Part shown: piece after piece, positions 30,820 to 39,829 of the stretch
How positions within the stretch are numbered: position 1 is the first letter of the stretch
How the letters are laid out: each line of letters starts with the position of its first letter
IMG/VR virus record: IMGVR_UViG_2778261355_000014
Coordinates: 1-43,084 of that record
Source of the DNA: a virus
Lineage: Duplodnaviria; Heunggongvirae; Uroviricota; Caudoviricetes
Reading direction: 5' to 3' (one strand)
Length of the DNA stretch: 43,084 nt
Notes under the pieces: generated by a model
Seen by the model: only the letters and a program-made list of their open reading frames with translations
What the model was told of the DNA's origin: nothing
Databases searched by the model: none
Made by a program: the position numbers and the translations under genes

Positions 30820-31421
30820 GCGGCCTCACTTCTGCTATTTCGCAGGTCTTTGAGTTTCTGTTGGTACTCTGCCTTGATCGCCTTGCACTCTTCGATAGTC
30901 CAGCGATGGCGGCTATGGTTTGATTCGATTTCGTCTACTGCTTCCTGCCCGATGCGGTTAATCAGTTCGACGCGATACGGAACGAGATTTCCGCTTTTGT
31001 GCTGGTTGCACACCACGCATTGCTTGTGAATATTGCGTTCATCAAATCGGAGTTGAGGTGCCGCAGCAGTTGTCCGGTAATGTCCGGCATCCCACTGAGC
31101 AGACGTGAGCGTTCCGCACGAGATACATGGTAAGTCGCGGTCTCTTTCTCTGATGAAGGCGTTTACGGCTTGTTGGGCTTGCTTAATCCAGTAACTGCGG
31201 GGCTTTAAGGCGAGTTTTCGAATCTTAAGTTTATCTTTCTGTTTCTGTTCATCTCGTCGTCGTTTCTTCTCTGCTGCTTTTTCCGCTTTTTCGCGTTCTT
31301 TACTTCGTCGTTCGAGTGCTAATTGAGTTCCGTGTTCCGGGCAGCACCACCACTGATTTGAGAATGCCGGGTGAAACCATTCCTTGCATATTTTGCATTT
31401 CCTTCGCGCTGGTTTAGCCAT
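30816..31421 (-). CDS. ninG: NinG (Rap) recombination protein
   Basis: [31 protein letters not shown]... matches lambda NinG. Confidence 0.95.
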   Translation of the reverse strand: MAKPARRKCKICKEWFHPAFSNQWWCCPEHGTQLALERRSKEREKAEKAAEKKRRRDEQKQKDKLKIRKLALKPRSYWIKQAQQAVNAFIRERDRDLPCISCGTLTSAQWDAGHYRTTAAAPQLRFDERNIHKQCVVCNQHKSGNLVPYRVELINRIGQEAVDEIESNHSRHRWTIEECKAIKAEYQQKLKDLRNSRSEAA

Positions 31422-31590
31422 CGTCTTCTTCCTCGTACATTGAGCTATTCGGATCGCTCATCAGTTCTGCACAGCAGTGCTCACATACGTGAACTTCCAG
31501 CACATGCAGCTTCTGACCGCAGTTAGCGCACGTTAAAGCCCGCTCGACGCTTTCTTTCTGGTATTGAAGGGATTGGGATGGGCTAAGCAT
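31414..31590 (-). CDS. ninF: NinF
   Basis: From [46 protein letters not shown]; 58 aa as in lambda. Confidence 0.9.
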   Translation of the reverse strand: MLSPSQSLQYQKESVERALTCANCGQKLHVLEVHVCEHCCAELMSDPNSSMYEEEDDG

Positions 31591-31990
31591 GGCTTTCACC
31601 ATTAAAAAGTCGCTTGTAAGCATCAATGTCTCGTTTTGCTTCACCGAGCTTTCGTCTTAATTCCATGTTTTCTGATTCAAGCTTTTCCATGTCTTGTTGG
31701 TATCGATCGCGGTGTTCTTTCCATGCTTTTCGATACGCCTTCATGTATGTCGTTTTGGCCTTTCTCTTTGCCTGACGAACAGCGTGATGGTTTTCTACAA
31801 ACCACTCAGGGTCGTTAAATGCTGCTCTGGCGCATGTAGACAAATAATTTGCGGCCTCCCTGTTTAGCCAACAAATACTGATAAATGGCAACTTGATAAG
31901 CACCATTTTTCGTTGAGACTCTTTCTCGCCAAACATGTGCCATTTTTTGATGCTAAGGCCAAATCCAGGTTGAATTAAAAGCATTGTCAT
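31583..31990 (-). CDS. Hypothetical 135-aa nin-region protein inserted between ninE and ninF
   Basis: ATGA overlap with ninE stop; GAGGAA RBS; basic/coiled-coil C-terminus; not part of lambda nin set as recalled. Confidence 0.5.
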   Translation of the reverse strand: MTMLLIQPGFGLSIKKWHMFGEKESQRKMVLIKLPFISICWLNREAANYLSTCARAAFNDPEWFVENHHAVRQAKRKAKTTYMKAYRKAWKEHRDRYQQDMEKLESENMELRRKLGEAKRDIDAYKRLFNGESHA

Positions 31991-32163
31991 TTCCTCGCAC
32001 GATGTCTTAGCCACCGGATATCCCACAGGTGAGCCGTGTAGTTGAAGGTTTTTACGTCAGATTCTTTTGGGATTGGCTTGCATTTATTTCTGGAGCGTTT
32101 CGTTGGAAGGTATTTGCAGTTTTCGCAGATTATGTCGGTGATACTTCGTCGCTGTCGTCTCAT
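31987..32163 (-). CDS. ninE: NinE
   Basis: Hand translation [58 protein letters not shown]; matches lambda NinE; ATGA overlap with ninB stop. Confidence 0.85.
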   Translation of the reverse strand: MRRQRRSITDIICENCKYLPTKRSRNKCKPIPKESDVKTFNYTAHLWDIRWLRHRARK

Positions 32164-32570
32164 TCGTACCTCCTGTCGGTAAATCTGACACCCTGACCAA
32201 TAGCCCAGGCTGTCGTGTACTCAATCAGACTTGCCATGCGCTTCACGCTCATCTGCGCGCTGCTTTCGCGAATGTTGACGTATTCGCCTTCAAGCCCTGG
32301 CAAAACATCAGCTTCCAGGTTTGTTGCCACTGCATGACCGCTAATCAACAAAACCTTCCATTGTTCCGGTTTTAACCATTTGCCGCACCATTGAACCTGA
32401 CGAGCGATATCCGCCAGCATCACGTGAAATTTTGCGTTCTGGTCAAGGTTGCGCTTGTAGTCAGTAATGCGGATGGTGACTGGCTTGTCTTTATCGAGTG
32501 GTGTTGCGAGGATGGCATTTATTGCGGCTTGCTGTTGTTGCTTAGTTCGGAGGAAGATTGTTTGCTTCAC
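32160..32570 (-). CDS. ninB: NinB (Orf-family recombination mediator)
   Basis: 136 aa with [24 protein letters not shown] motif similar to lambda NinB. Confidence 0.8.
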   Translation of the reverse strand: MKQTIFLRTKQQQQAAINAILATPLDKDKPVTIRITDYKRNLDQNAKFHVMLADIARQVQWCGKWLKPEQWKVLLISGHAVATNLEADVLPGLEGEYVNIRESSAQMSVKRMASLIEYTTAWAIGQGVRFTDRRYE

Positions 32571-32581
32571 TGAATACTCCT

Positions 32582-32773
32582 TTATTTTTTATGCCTGTAA
32601 CCCCATTCTTCCAGCAACCTTGCGGCGTACCACCCAAGAAACAAAGGAAAGAACATTACAATGAGATATTCCCCGCCACGGTCAATGTTCGAAATTGACC
32701 AGATTACGATGTAACCAGTGCAGGACAGGAATATTACAAACCCCAAAAAGCTACTTCGTCGACTCATGCTCAC
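32582..32773 (-). CDS. Small membrane protein (nin region)
   Basis: 63 aa, two hydrophobic helices. Confidence 0.4.
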   Translation of the reverse strand: MSMSRRSSFLGFVIFLSCTGYIVIWSISNIDRGGEYLIVMFFPLFLGWYAARLLEEWGYRHKK

Positions 32774-33090
32774 TCCTTCACTTTGATTCCAGCAGCGCGG
32801 ATGTTTTCCTCATAAGCATCCATTGCATCACCGAAGCCATTGGAATAATCAACAGTAAACCCTTTGGCTAATGCTTCTCTGCTGTCGATAAACTTTGGCG
32901 CGGTTATTTCAATAGCTGCTCGCGATGCCTGCCACGTTTGCCAGTGGCCTTGAACATCGTCCATCACGTATTGACCACCAATATCACCACTGCCAATTTC
33001 ATGGTGATTTTCAGGGTAACGGATAAGGTCTGAGGATTCGCCTCCACGTCGCAACCAACTTTCTTCAAACTGCTTTCTTGATTCGTCCAT
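32770..33090 (-). CDS. Hypothetical 106-aa protein (nin region)
   Basis: ORF with start/stop overlap to neighbour; acidic. Confidence 0.45.
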   Translation of the reverse strand: MDESRKQFEESWLRRGGESSDLIRYPENHHEIGSGDIGGQYVMDDVQGHWQTWQASRAAIEITAPKFIDSREALAKGFTVDYSNGFGDAMDAYEENIRAAGIKVKE

Positions 33091-33107
33091 CGATACTTAC
33101 CCTCAGT

Positions 33108-33314
33108 TCAACTCACAAAACGCCACGCCATTTTTGCTACAGTGACAGGCATAACACCGATAATCACCCACAGGAAAATGCTACCGAAAAGCACACCCAC
33201 CAGGTCTTTACCTTCGCCTACCAACCGGACAAAACTGCTGGCAACAACAATGAACGTCGCCACCATCCACATAGCACCGAGAATCCTCAATGCAGAGAAA
33301 ATTAACTCAGCCAC
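33108..33314 (-). CDS. Small membrane protein (nin region)
   Basis: 68 aa, two hydrophobic helices. Confidence 0.4.
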   Translation of the reverse strand: MAELIFSALRILGAMWMVATFIVVASSFVRLVGEGKDLVGVLFGSIFLWVIIGVMPVTVAKMAWRFVS

Positions 33315-33330
33315 GATTTACCCTCCCCCA

Positions 33331-33360
33331 AATAAAAAGGCCTGCGATTACCAGCAGGCC
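33331..33360 (-). terminator. tR2-like rho-independent terminator between replication genes and nin region
   Basis: Minus-strand hairpin ggcctgctggtaatcgcaggcc followed by tttttatt. Confidence 0.65.
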
Positions 33361-33386
33361 TGTTACAAGCTCAGTGATGTAGATGG

Positions 33387-34763
33387 TCATACGTCAGCCC
33401 CTTGTGCATATCGTCTGCCACGCGCAGCAGGTGCATTTGATGCTGTGCAAATCTGTCTGGCTTCATCCTGGTCACATGCAACAAAGTGTCCGTTGCAGAA
33501 CCGCTGGTAAACCGTACCAAGCGAGCCAAAACGGTTTTTCGTCACGATGATTTCAGCAAATGGCGCGGCGCTACTGTTCTCGTCATATACAGCTTCCCGA
33601 TAGAGCATGATGATTGAGTCTGCGTCCTGTTCAATGCTTCCAGAATCACGCAAATCTGCGTTTGTCGGGCGTTTGTTTGGTCGCTTCTCAACATCGCGCG
33701 AAAGCTGACTCAGGGAGATAACAGGCGTTTTCAGGTCTTTCGCCATCGCCTTCAGGCTTCCGGAGATGTGAGCAATTGCGAGGTCGTTGCGGTCTGCTTT
33801 CGGCTTCTCAATCAGGCCAAGATAATCCGCCATGATGAGTGACAGGTTTGGATTTTCCTGTTTATGCCGTTCTGCGATTGAGCGTATTTCTTCGACCGAT
33901 AACCGCGAGGCATCGACTACCCATACATCCAAATCTGCAAGCTGACTCATACCGTTAGCAACACGTGCCCAGCCTTCGTCATCCATCGATGCAGGATTTC
34001 GCAGCACACTAACCGACATCCTCCCGGCGTTGGCAATGCTTCGCTCTGCGATCTGCAATGCGCTCATTTCCATTGAGAAAATCAACACTCCGCGCCGGAC
34101 GTCAGAACCAGGAATAACGCGGCTTGCAACGCCTTCGGCAATCTTCAGCGCCAGCTCGGTTTTCCCCATACCAGGACGAGCAGCGATTATCACCAGGTCT
34201 TCCGCGTTCATCCCTCCGGTGATAGCGTCAAGTTCTTCGATTCCGGTCTTCAGGGTATCGGACTCTTCTCCGTTCCTCAGACGCCTGTCAAGCGTGTCAG
34301 TGTAGTCAGTAATGATTTCCCCTAACCGTACAGGTTTAACCTCGTCACGGGGCTTTCTGATGGCTGAAAGACGCTTTACAAGCTCATCCATCGCCTGACT
34401 CGATGCGTCGATGGTTCCGCTCTGAATTGGTTCACGCATTTCATCCATGATTTCCAGCATCAGACGGCGGTGATAGTTATCCGCGACCATTCCGGCATAT
34501 CCCTTCAGGTTTGCGGCGCTCGGGCAGTTTTTGCTGGTCATCAGGATTGACGTGAAATGCTCCTCTCCGCACGCCTCGGCAACCATCAGCGCGTCGATTA
34601 GGTTTCTGTTTCTCGCCTGCTTGCGGATAACCTCGAAGGCTTTCCTGTAGAGCGGAATTGAAAACGCTTCCGGCTCCAGCGTTGCCAGAACGTCGCTGGC
34701 GGTTGGTGTTAATCCACCAATCAGCAGTCCACCGATAACGCTCGCTTCGATATCCTGTTTCAT
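33387..34763 (-). CDS. Replicative DNA helicase (DnaB family; P22 gene 12-like)
   Basis: Walker A ARPGMGKT and DnaB-like motifs; 458 aa. Confidence 0.9.
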   Translation of the reverse strand: MKQDIEASVIGGLLIGGLTPTASDVLATLEPEAFSIPLYRKAFEVIRKQARNRNLIDALMVAEACGEEHFTSILMTSKNCPSAANLKGYAGMVADNYHRRLMLEIMDEMREPIQSGTIDASSQAMDELVKRLSAIRKPRDEVKPVRLGEIITDYTDTLDRRLRNGEESDTLKTGIEELDAITGGMNAEDLVIIAARPGMGKTELALKIAEGVASRVIPGSDVRRGVLIFSMEMSALQIAERSIANAGRMSVSVLRNPASMDDEGWARVANGMSQLADLDVWVVDASRLSVEEIRSIAERHKQENPNLSLIMADYLGLIEKPKADRNDLAIAHISGSLKAMAKDLKTPVISLSQLSRDVEKRPNKRPTNADLRDSGSIEQDADSIIMLYREAVYDENSSAAPFAEIIVTKNRFGSLGTVYQRFCNGHFVACDQDEARQICTASNAPAARGRRYAQGADV

Positions 34764-35707
34764 GCAATCCCCCTGTCTGCAAACTTCCCTTCCCGCACTC
34801 CCGTTAACGAATCTTCCCTCAGCAGGTAATCAAAATCTGCCGTCCAGCCCGTGTCGTTGTCTCCGAAGTAAAACGGCTTGGCCTGATGCACAAACGCCCT
34901 GACATACGCTCTGAAACCGTCCACGTTTGGCGTTTTCAGTTGCGGGATGATTTTCTTCAGGCGGCGTTTTCGTTTCTCGTTGACCGCAACAGCGTGTGGC
35001 AATCTGTCACCGACTTCGGTGTTGTAGGCGTTCAGGAAGGATTCGTAGTCGATTCGTTCTGCCTTGCGACGTTCAGGTTTAACCTGCCCATCGCCTCCCC
35101 CATTGGGGGGTAGGGGGGTATTATTTATATTCTTGTTAATACCTTCTTGTTCATGATGTGCGGTTGTTTGTGCGGCTTTATGTGCGCTTTCATGTGCGGC
35201 ATGTACGCTGGAAGCCGCGCCATTACTGGCTTCATCATGTGCGGCATCATGTGCGGTTGTTTGTGCGGCTTCATGTGCGGGTGAATTGTCCATTTTTTGA
35301 GCATATTCATGGTAATTTGTGATAGTGATCACACGACCTTTTTGCTTCTCTCCATCAATGGAGATCATCCCCTCTTTCACAAAAACCTGAAGCATCCGCT
35401 CAACCTGATCACGGCTTGCTGGCTTGCCATGTCTGTCGCATAACTGAAGACCTAAATCAGCTGCTGTCACAACCAGTTGACCGGGTTGCAGATGCCATTC
35501 ATGACCTTTGAAATTCGCTTTGTATGGCTTTCTGGCGGCATTCAGGAGAAGGTTTTCCCACAGGGTGCGAAGATAAACATCTTTCGCCCATGACTGTTTC
35601 AGAATGCTCCGGTACAACGGAATGTAACCAGTTTTCTGGTTCTCCATCCTGTTGCTCCTGCGCTCGTGTGCGGCGCTGAAATCGTAGATTTTTGCTGTAT
35701 TGCTCAT
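34760..35707 (-). CDS. Replication initiator (lambda O / P22 gene 18-like) with embedded ori iterons
   Basis: 315 aa at the position between cII and the helicase; central His/Ala-rich segment encoded by the iteron repeats. Confidence 0.75.
   Translation of the reverse strand: MSNTAKIYDFSAAHERRSNRMENQKTGYIPLYRSILKQSWAKDVYLRTLWENLLLNAARKPYKANFKGHEWHLQPGQLVVTAADLGLQLCDRHGKPASRDQVERMLQVFVKEGMISIDGEKQKGRVITITNYHEYAQKMDNSPAHEAAQTTAHDAAHDEASNGAASSVHAAHESAHKAAQTTAHHEQEGINKNINNTPLPPNGGGDGQVKPERRKAERIDYESFLNAYNTEVGDRLPHAVAVNEKRKRRLKKIIPQLKTPNVDGFRAYVRAFVHQAKPFYFGDNDTGWTADFDYLLREDSLTGVREGKFADRGIA
35154..35281. repeat. Origin iterons: 8 copies of a ~12-bp unit ending TGTGCGG, in two clusters of four, next to an AT-rich tract
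   Basis: catgatgtgcgg, ttgtttgtgcgg, ctttatgtgcgc, tttcatgtgcgg, then catcatgtgcgg x2, ttgtttgtgcgg, cttcatgtgcgg; AT-rich tattatttatat at 35119-35130. Confidence 0.75.
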
Positions 35708-35709
35708 AA

Positions 35710-35982
35710 CTACCTGCCTTGACGAAAGACCTTAAGAACATCGTTAAACTGACTTACGGATATGTCTTCTTTGAGAAGCTTTTCCAGAAATGCGTTTGGA
35801 ATGAACGTATATCCCTCCTCTTTTGGTAGAGACGGGAGCAACGCCCTCGCCTCAGCCTTCAGAAGCTCAGTTCTGGCAACTTTCACAAAAGAGATTTGAG
35901 TTCTTTCATCAATGGAACGAAGGAAGCGCAAACGCTTAGCTTCTTTGTGTGTATCAGGTGGATTAAAGCCTTTGTTTCGCAT
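35710..35982 (-). CDS. Hypothetical 90-aa protein between cII and the O-like gene
   Basis: Start taken at MRNKGFNPPDTHKEAKRL just after cII stop; longer ORF-track start overlaps cII and is unlikely. Confidence 0.4.
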   Translation of the reverse strand: MRNKGFNPPDTHKEAKRLRFLRSIDERTQISFVKVARTELLKAEARALLPSLPKEEGYTFIPNAFLEKLLKEDISVSQFNDVLKVFRQGR

Positions 35983-36004
35983 ATAATTACCTCGTTGGAT
36001 GTTG

Positions 36005-36298
36005 TTAAAATTCCATTTGTATTTGATCAGAACGCTCGGTTGCCGCCGGGCGTTTTTTATTGGTGAGAATCGAAGCAACTTGTCGTGCCAATCGAGCCAT
36101 GTCGTCGTCAACGACGCCCCATTCAAGAACAGCAAGCAGCATTGAGAACTTTGGAATCCAGTCCCTCTTCCACCTGCTGATCTGCGACTTATCAACTCCC
36201 ACAGCTTCCGCTGTCTTCTCAGTTCCAAGCATTGCGATTTTGTTAAGCAACGCACTCTCGATTCTTAGAGCCTCGTTGCGTTTGTTTGCACGAACCAT
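36005..36298 (-). CDS. cII: Transcriptional activator CII
   Basis: MVRANKRNEALRIESALLNKIAMLGTEKTAEAVGVDKSQISRWKRDWIPKFSMLLAVLEWGVVDDDMARLARQVA... near-identical to lambda CII (97 aa). Confidence 0.95.
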   Translation of the reverse strand: MVRANKRNEALRIESALLNKIAMLGTEKTAEAVGVDKSQISRWKRDWIPKFSMLLAVLEWGVVDDDMARLARQVASILTNKKRPAATERSDQIQMEF

Positions 36299-36357
36299 AT
36301 GTAAGTATTTCCTTAACAAATAAGAAGTTATGCGCATCAACTTATGCGCGTTGTATT

Positions 36358-36399
36358 CCCGCATTTCGGCGGGAATGAGGACCATGACTGTTAAAGAGC
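36358..36399 (-). promoter_or_regulatory. nutR (boxA GCTCTTTAACA plus boxB hairpin CCCGC-CGAAAT-GCGGG)
   Basis: Minus-strand copy of the same boxA/boxB pair found at nutL; located between cro and cII. Confidence 0.7.
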
Positions 36400-36406
36400 A
36401 ATTTGC

Positions 36407-36592
36407 TTATGCCGCTTTGCGGTAAGCGCTTTCTTGATACTTCAGGGCGCCAGCTGTAACGACTTCCAGTCGATAGGCGTCTTTCTCTGGGATGACTTCC
36501 TTCCACTGAGAGACTGCTGCGTCGCTAATGCCTAGCGCTTTAGCTACAGCACGCTGGGTTCCGAAGTGGTCGATAACATCTTTCTTGTACAT
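36407..36592 (-). CDS. cro: Cro repressor
   Basis: 61-aa HTH protein (QRAVAKALGISDAAVSQW) divergent from cI across the operator region. Confidence 0.8.
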   Translation of the reverse strand: MYKKDVIDHFGTQRAVAKALGISDAAVSQWKEVIPEKDAYRLEVVTAGALKYQESAYRKAA

Positions 36593-36599
36593 AGACTCG

Positions 36600-36668
36600 C
36601 TCCGAAATTAAAGAACACTTAAATTATCCACTAAAGGAATCTTAAGTCAAGTTTATTTAAGATGTCTT
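36600..36668. promoter_or_regulatory. OR/PR-PRM operator region with three P22-type operators
   Basis: AATTAAAGAACACTTAAATT, ACTAAAGGAATCTTAAGT and ATTTAAGATGTCTTAACT half-site pattern between cro and cI. Confidence 0.65.
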
Positions 36669-36672
36669 AACT

Positions 36673-37323
36673 ATGAAAACTCAATTGATGGGAGAGCGCA
36701 TTCGCGCTCGGAGAAAAGAACTCAAGATCAGGCAGGCCGCACTTGGAAAGATGGTCGGCGTGTCTAATGTTGCCATATCTCAGTGGGAACGCTCTGAGAC
36801 AGAGCCAAATGGAGAGAATCTTCTCGCCCTGGCTAATGCGTTGAAGTGTTCCCCTGACTATCTGATGAAAGGAGAGGAAAGTCTTTCAAACATTGCCTAT
36901 CACAGTAGGCATGATCCAAGAGGGTCATACCCTCTGATTAGCTGGGTGAGCGCAGGATGCTGGATGGAAGCTGTAGAACCATATCATAAGCGTGCAATAG
37001 ATAACTGGTACGATACAACCGTAGACTGTTCAGAAGATTCGTTTTGGTTGGACGTGAAGGGAGACTCAATGACGGCTCCGGCCGGTCTCAGTATCCCTGA
37101 AGGAATGATAATACTCGTCGATCCTGAAGTAGAGCCGCGTAACGGGAAACTGGTAGTTGCAAAGCTCGAAGGAGAAAACGAGGCAACTTTCAAGAAGTTA
37201 GTTATTGATGCAGGCAGGAAGTTTCTAAAACCACTTAACCCACAATATCCGATGATCGAGATCAACGGAAACTGCAAAATCATCGGCGTAGTTGTCGATG
37301 CAAAACTAGCAAACCTTCCATAA
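36673..37323 (+). CDS. cI: CI-type prophage repressor (HTH plus S24 LexA-like autopeptidase domain)
   Basis: N-terminal HTH QAALGKMVGVSNVAISQWERSE; C-terminal GDSM...KLEGE...K S24 motifs. Confidence 0.9.
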   Translation: MKTQLMGERIRARRKELKIRQAALGKMVGVSNVAISQWERSETEPNGENLLALANALKCSPDYLMKGEESLSNIAYHSRHDPRGSYPLISWVSAGCWMEAVEPYHKRAIDNWYDTTVDCSEDSFWLDVKGDSMTAPAGLSIPEGMIILVDPEVEPRNGKLVVAKLEGENEATFKKLVIDAGRKFLKPLNPQYPMIEINGNCKIIGVVVDAKLANLP

Positions 37324-37346
37324 AGGGGCATTCGCCCCTTTTTTTT
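37324..37346 (+). terminator. Rho-independent terminator after cI
   Basis: ggggc-attc-gcccc hairpin followed by tttttttt. Confidence 0.75.
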
Positions 37347-37349
37347 ATT

Positions 37350-37440
37350 TCCTTTAAAAATCAAAGCCAAACTTAAGTTACGAAAGAAAATTTAAGTTTT
37401 CTTCAAAAATACTCTTGACCATTAATTAAAGAGATCTTAA
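37350..37440. promoter_or_regulatory. OL/PL operator-promoter region
   Basis: Repeated TTAAGT/ACTTAA operator half-sites; TTGACC -35-like element at 37425-37430. Confidence 0.55.
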
Positions 37441-37488
37441 ATTTAAGCCATCAGCAGGACGCTGGAAGCCAAACGGAACAGATTGGCA

Positions 37489-37529
37489 GGCTCTTTAACA
37501 TTGATGGGATTGTCCCGCCGAAATGCGGG
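37489..37529 (+). promoter_or_regulatory. nutL (boxA GCTCTTTAACA plus boxB hairpin CCCGC-CGAAAT-GCGGG)
   Basis: boxA at 37490-37500, boxB at 37514-37529, upstream of N. Confidence 0.7.
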
Positions 37530-37637
37530 AACCAAAGAGTAGTTGGCTTTGGGGTGACGTGAAGTGCAGCTGCACGACGGCAACCGGAAGATAAGCACCC
37601 GGCGCGTCACCGCCAAAGTCAATCATCGGAGGTCAAC

Positions 37638-37937
37638 ATGACAGTAGTCATTACATATCTTGCTGACGATAACGCCAGAAATCGCCGCAGAGCACGCAGA
37701 CAGGCTCAACGTGAACAGGCAATGCAAGAGCAGCAACTGGCACGAAAAATTGCGCTAAAGCTCTCTGGTTGCGTCAGAGCAGATAAAGCAGCATCACTCG
37801 GAAGCCTTCTCAGCAAGAAGGCAGAAGAAGTCGAGCGTAAACAGAACCGAATTTATTACAGCAAGCCACGCAGTGAAATGGGTGTGACTTGTGTTGGTCG
37901 CCAGAAAATGAAATTAGGCAGCAAACCACTTATTTGA
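37638..37937 (+). CDS. N: Antitermination protein N
   Basis: Arginine-rich motif NARNRRRARRQAQREQ at N-terminus; C-terminus RIYYSKPRSEMGVTCVGRQKMKLGSKPLI resembles lambda N. Confidence 0.85.
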   Translation: MTVVITYLADDNARNRRRARRQAQREQAMQEQQLARKIALKLSGCVRADKAASLGSLLSKKAEEVERKQNRIYYSKPRSEMGVTCVGRQKMKLGSKPLI

Positions 37938-37948
37938 GAGGAATTAAT

Positions 37949-38572
37949 ATGTCATCAATCCGCTTAACTACGAGAATGAAAGAGGAAATCGCTCGTAACG
38001 CTTTAATTAAGTCTGGGGTTTTCACTGAACTTGAAGAAGTAACAAAGTTAAAGAACCAGCTTGCACTTGACGCCAGAGTTATTGCGTTTGGCGGTAAAAA
38101 GAAAACTGAGGAAGTGGATCAGTTATCATCCAAGTTGGTAGCTATAAGTGAAGAACTTGGAAAGATGGGATGTTCATTTTACTCATACGATGTTCGTTCT
38201 ACTTCAATTTATCTGACTGTATCTGGCAGAAGGGTTGGATGGCTTTCATATGGGAAAGACGGCAACGGCGAAGATATATTGCTCCCTACTCCGAACAAAG
38301 ATAAATGCATGTTTAGCGCAGAACACGAAATAACAAAAAGGTTTGATGAAATCTGCGTATTGCAACAAAAACTTGAAGCCAAGAAAAAGGATATCGAATC
38401 AAATGTATGGGCTGCTTTGAACTCAGTCACAACAGTTAAGCGACTTATTGAGGTTTGGCCTGAAAGCAAAGAATTGCTACCAAAAGAAGCAGATAAAGCA
38501 AGTACAGCACTTCCTGCTTTACGGGTAGAAGATTTGAATAAGATGATTGGACTTCCTTCCGAGGCCGCATAG
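37949..38572 (+). CDS. Hypothetical 207-aa soluble protein immediately downstream of N
   Basis: Start taken at MSSIRLTTRMKEEI with GAGAGGAA RBS; no TM segments; no homolog recalled. Confidence 0.5.
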   Translation: MSSIRLTTRMKEEIARNALIKSGVFTELEEVTKLKNQLALDARVIAFGGKKKTEEVDQLSSKLVAISEELGKMGCSFYSYDVRSTSIYLTVSGRRVGWLSYGKDGNGEDILLPTPNKDKCMFSAEHEITKRFDEICVLQQKLEAKKKDIESNVWAALNSVTTVKRLIEVWPESKELLPKEADKASTALPALRVEDLNKMIGLPSEAA

Positions 38573-38590
38573 TCGGCCTTTACTTTTGGC
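38562..38590 (+). terminator. Candidate terminator after the 207-aa ORF
   Basis: aggccg-catagt-cggcct hairpin followed by interrupted T tract. Confidence 0.4.
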
Positions 38591-38706
38591 ATAAACAACA
38601 GAATAAACACTGCACTGTGTATTCATTCCAACGAGTGAATACACGGAGCAATGTCGCTCGTAACTAAACAGGAGCCGACTTGTTCTGATTATTGGAAATC
38701 TTCTTT

Positions 38707-38731
38707 GCCCTCCGATGTGAGGGCCTTTTTA
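38707..38731 (+). terminator. Candidate rho-independent terminator / attenuator
   Basis: gccctc-cgatgt-gagggc hairpin followed by cttttta. Confidence 0.5.
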
Positions 38732-38796
38732 TATGCATACCAATAACGCTTCACTTGAGGCGTTTTCGTTATGCAATCAAACAGAAGGAGCATCCT

Positions 38797-38967
38797 ATGC
38801 AACAGTTCGCTATTGCAGGGGCGGCATCGGTTCGCCCTTTCAACCCGATTTTATCGGTACAGCATTCACGAAAAAATATTTTAACCGGAGCAGACTTTAA
38901 ACAACCAAGAATGAAAAGTTTGCTCGAAAAGCTTTGGGATATTTTGAAACAACAAGGCCGTCCATGA
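38797..38967 (+). CDS. CIII-like small protein (tentative)
   Basis: 56 aa from MQQFAIAGAAS; AAGGAG RBS; helical KSLLEKLWDILKQQGRP resembles the lambda CIII core as recalled. Confidence 0.45.
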   Translation: MQQFAIAGAASVRPFNPILSVQHSRKNILTGADFKQPRMKSLLEKLWDILKQQGRP

Positions 38968-39122
38968 GTTTTACAGATAACTGGTCAGACGAAGAATTCA
39001 TTCGTCAGATGAAAGAATTAATCGGTAACGAAGGAGATATTCATGTCACTTGCAACCACAGTGAAGGAGAGCAAGTTACAGAGACGCATGTACACGCAGA
39101 AAGCTCTCTGGTATCGCCATAA
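38964..39122 (+). CDS. Small hypothetical early protein (kil/arf position)
   Basis: 52 aa from MSFTDNWSDEEF; ATGA overlap with upstream gene. Confidence 0.35.
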   Translation: MSFTDNWSDEEFIRQMKELIGNEGDIHVTCNHSEGEQVTETHVHAESSLVSP

Positions 39123-39223
39123 TGGCGACCGCGAAGGAATGCGGGTATGCCTTAATTTGTCACGAGTCGAAGTATTAAATCAGCGTTATTTTCTTGGGCC
39201 GTGTCCATTCTGAGATCAAACAT

Positions 39224-39829
39224 ATGAGCAAAGAATTTTATGCAAGGCTGGCAGCCATTCAGGAGAATCTGAATGCGCCAAAGAATCAGTACAACTCATT
39301 CGGTAAATATAAATACAGAAGCTGCGAAGACATTCTTGAAGGCGTTAAGCCGTTACTGAATGGCCTGTTTTTATCAATCAGCGATGAAGTTGTGTTGATT
39401 GGTGATCGGTATTACGTGAAAGCAACGGCAACTATTACTGATGGCGAAAACAGTCATACAGCAACCGCTCTTGCACGAGAGGAAGAAAGCAAGAAAGGAA
39501 TGGATTCTGCACAAGTTACGGGAGCTACAAGCTCTTATGCACGCAAGTATTGCCTCAATGGTTTGTTCGGCATTGATGATGCGAAAGATGCAGATACCGA
39601 CGAGCATAAACATCAGCAGAACGCAGCAGCAAAGCAATCAAAACCATCACCTACACCTGAACAGGTTCTAAAAGCATTCACTGACGCAGCAATGCAGAAA
39701 AACACCGTGGAAGAGCTTAAACAGGCGTTCGCCAAAGCGTGGAAGATGCTCGAAGGCACACCGGAGCAGCACAAAGCGCAGGACGTTTACAACATCAGAC
39801 GAGACGAATTAGAAGGAGCGGCTGCTTAA
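39224..39829 (+). CDS. erf: Erf single-strand annealing recombinase
   Basis: MSKEFYARLAAIQENLNAPKNQYNSFGKYKYRSCEDILEGVKPLL... matches P22 Erf as recalled. Confidence 0.9.
   Translation: MSKEFYARLAAIQENLNAPKNQYNSFGKYKYRSCEDILEGVKPLLNGLFLSISDEVVLIGDRYYVKATATITDGENSHTATALAREEESKKGMDSAQVTGATSSYARKYCLNGLFGIDDAKDADTDEHKHQQNAAAKQSKPSPTPEQVLKAFTDAAMQKNTVEELKQAFAKAWKMLEGTPEQHKAQDVYNIRRDELEGAAA

Noticed and set aside
35154-35281. Possible CRISPR array because of regularly spaced short repeats
   Set aside because: Repeat unit is ~12 bp with almost no spacers, lies inside a coding sequence, and no cas genes are present; it is a replication-origin iteron array.
35125-35310. 61-aa His/Lys/Pro/Met-rich ORF ([22 protein letters not shown]...)
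   Set aside because: It is the iteron repeats read in another frame, inside and opposite to the O-like gene; a repeat artefact, not a gene.
36005-36385. 126-aa extended cII ORF from the six-frame track
   Set aside because: Lambda-type CII begins at MVRANKRN (start 36298); the upstream extension crosses nutR and is not coding.
37324-37637. rexAB-type exclusion genes between cI and N
   Set aside because: Only ~315 bp of operator, promoter and nutL sequence lies here; no ORFs.
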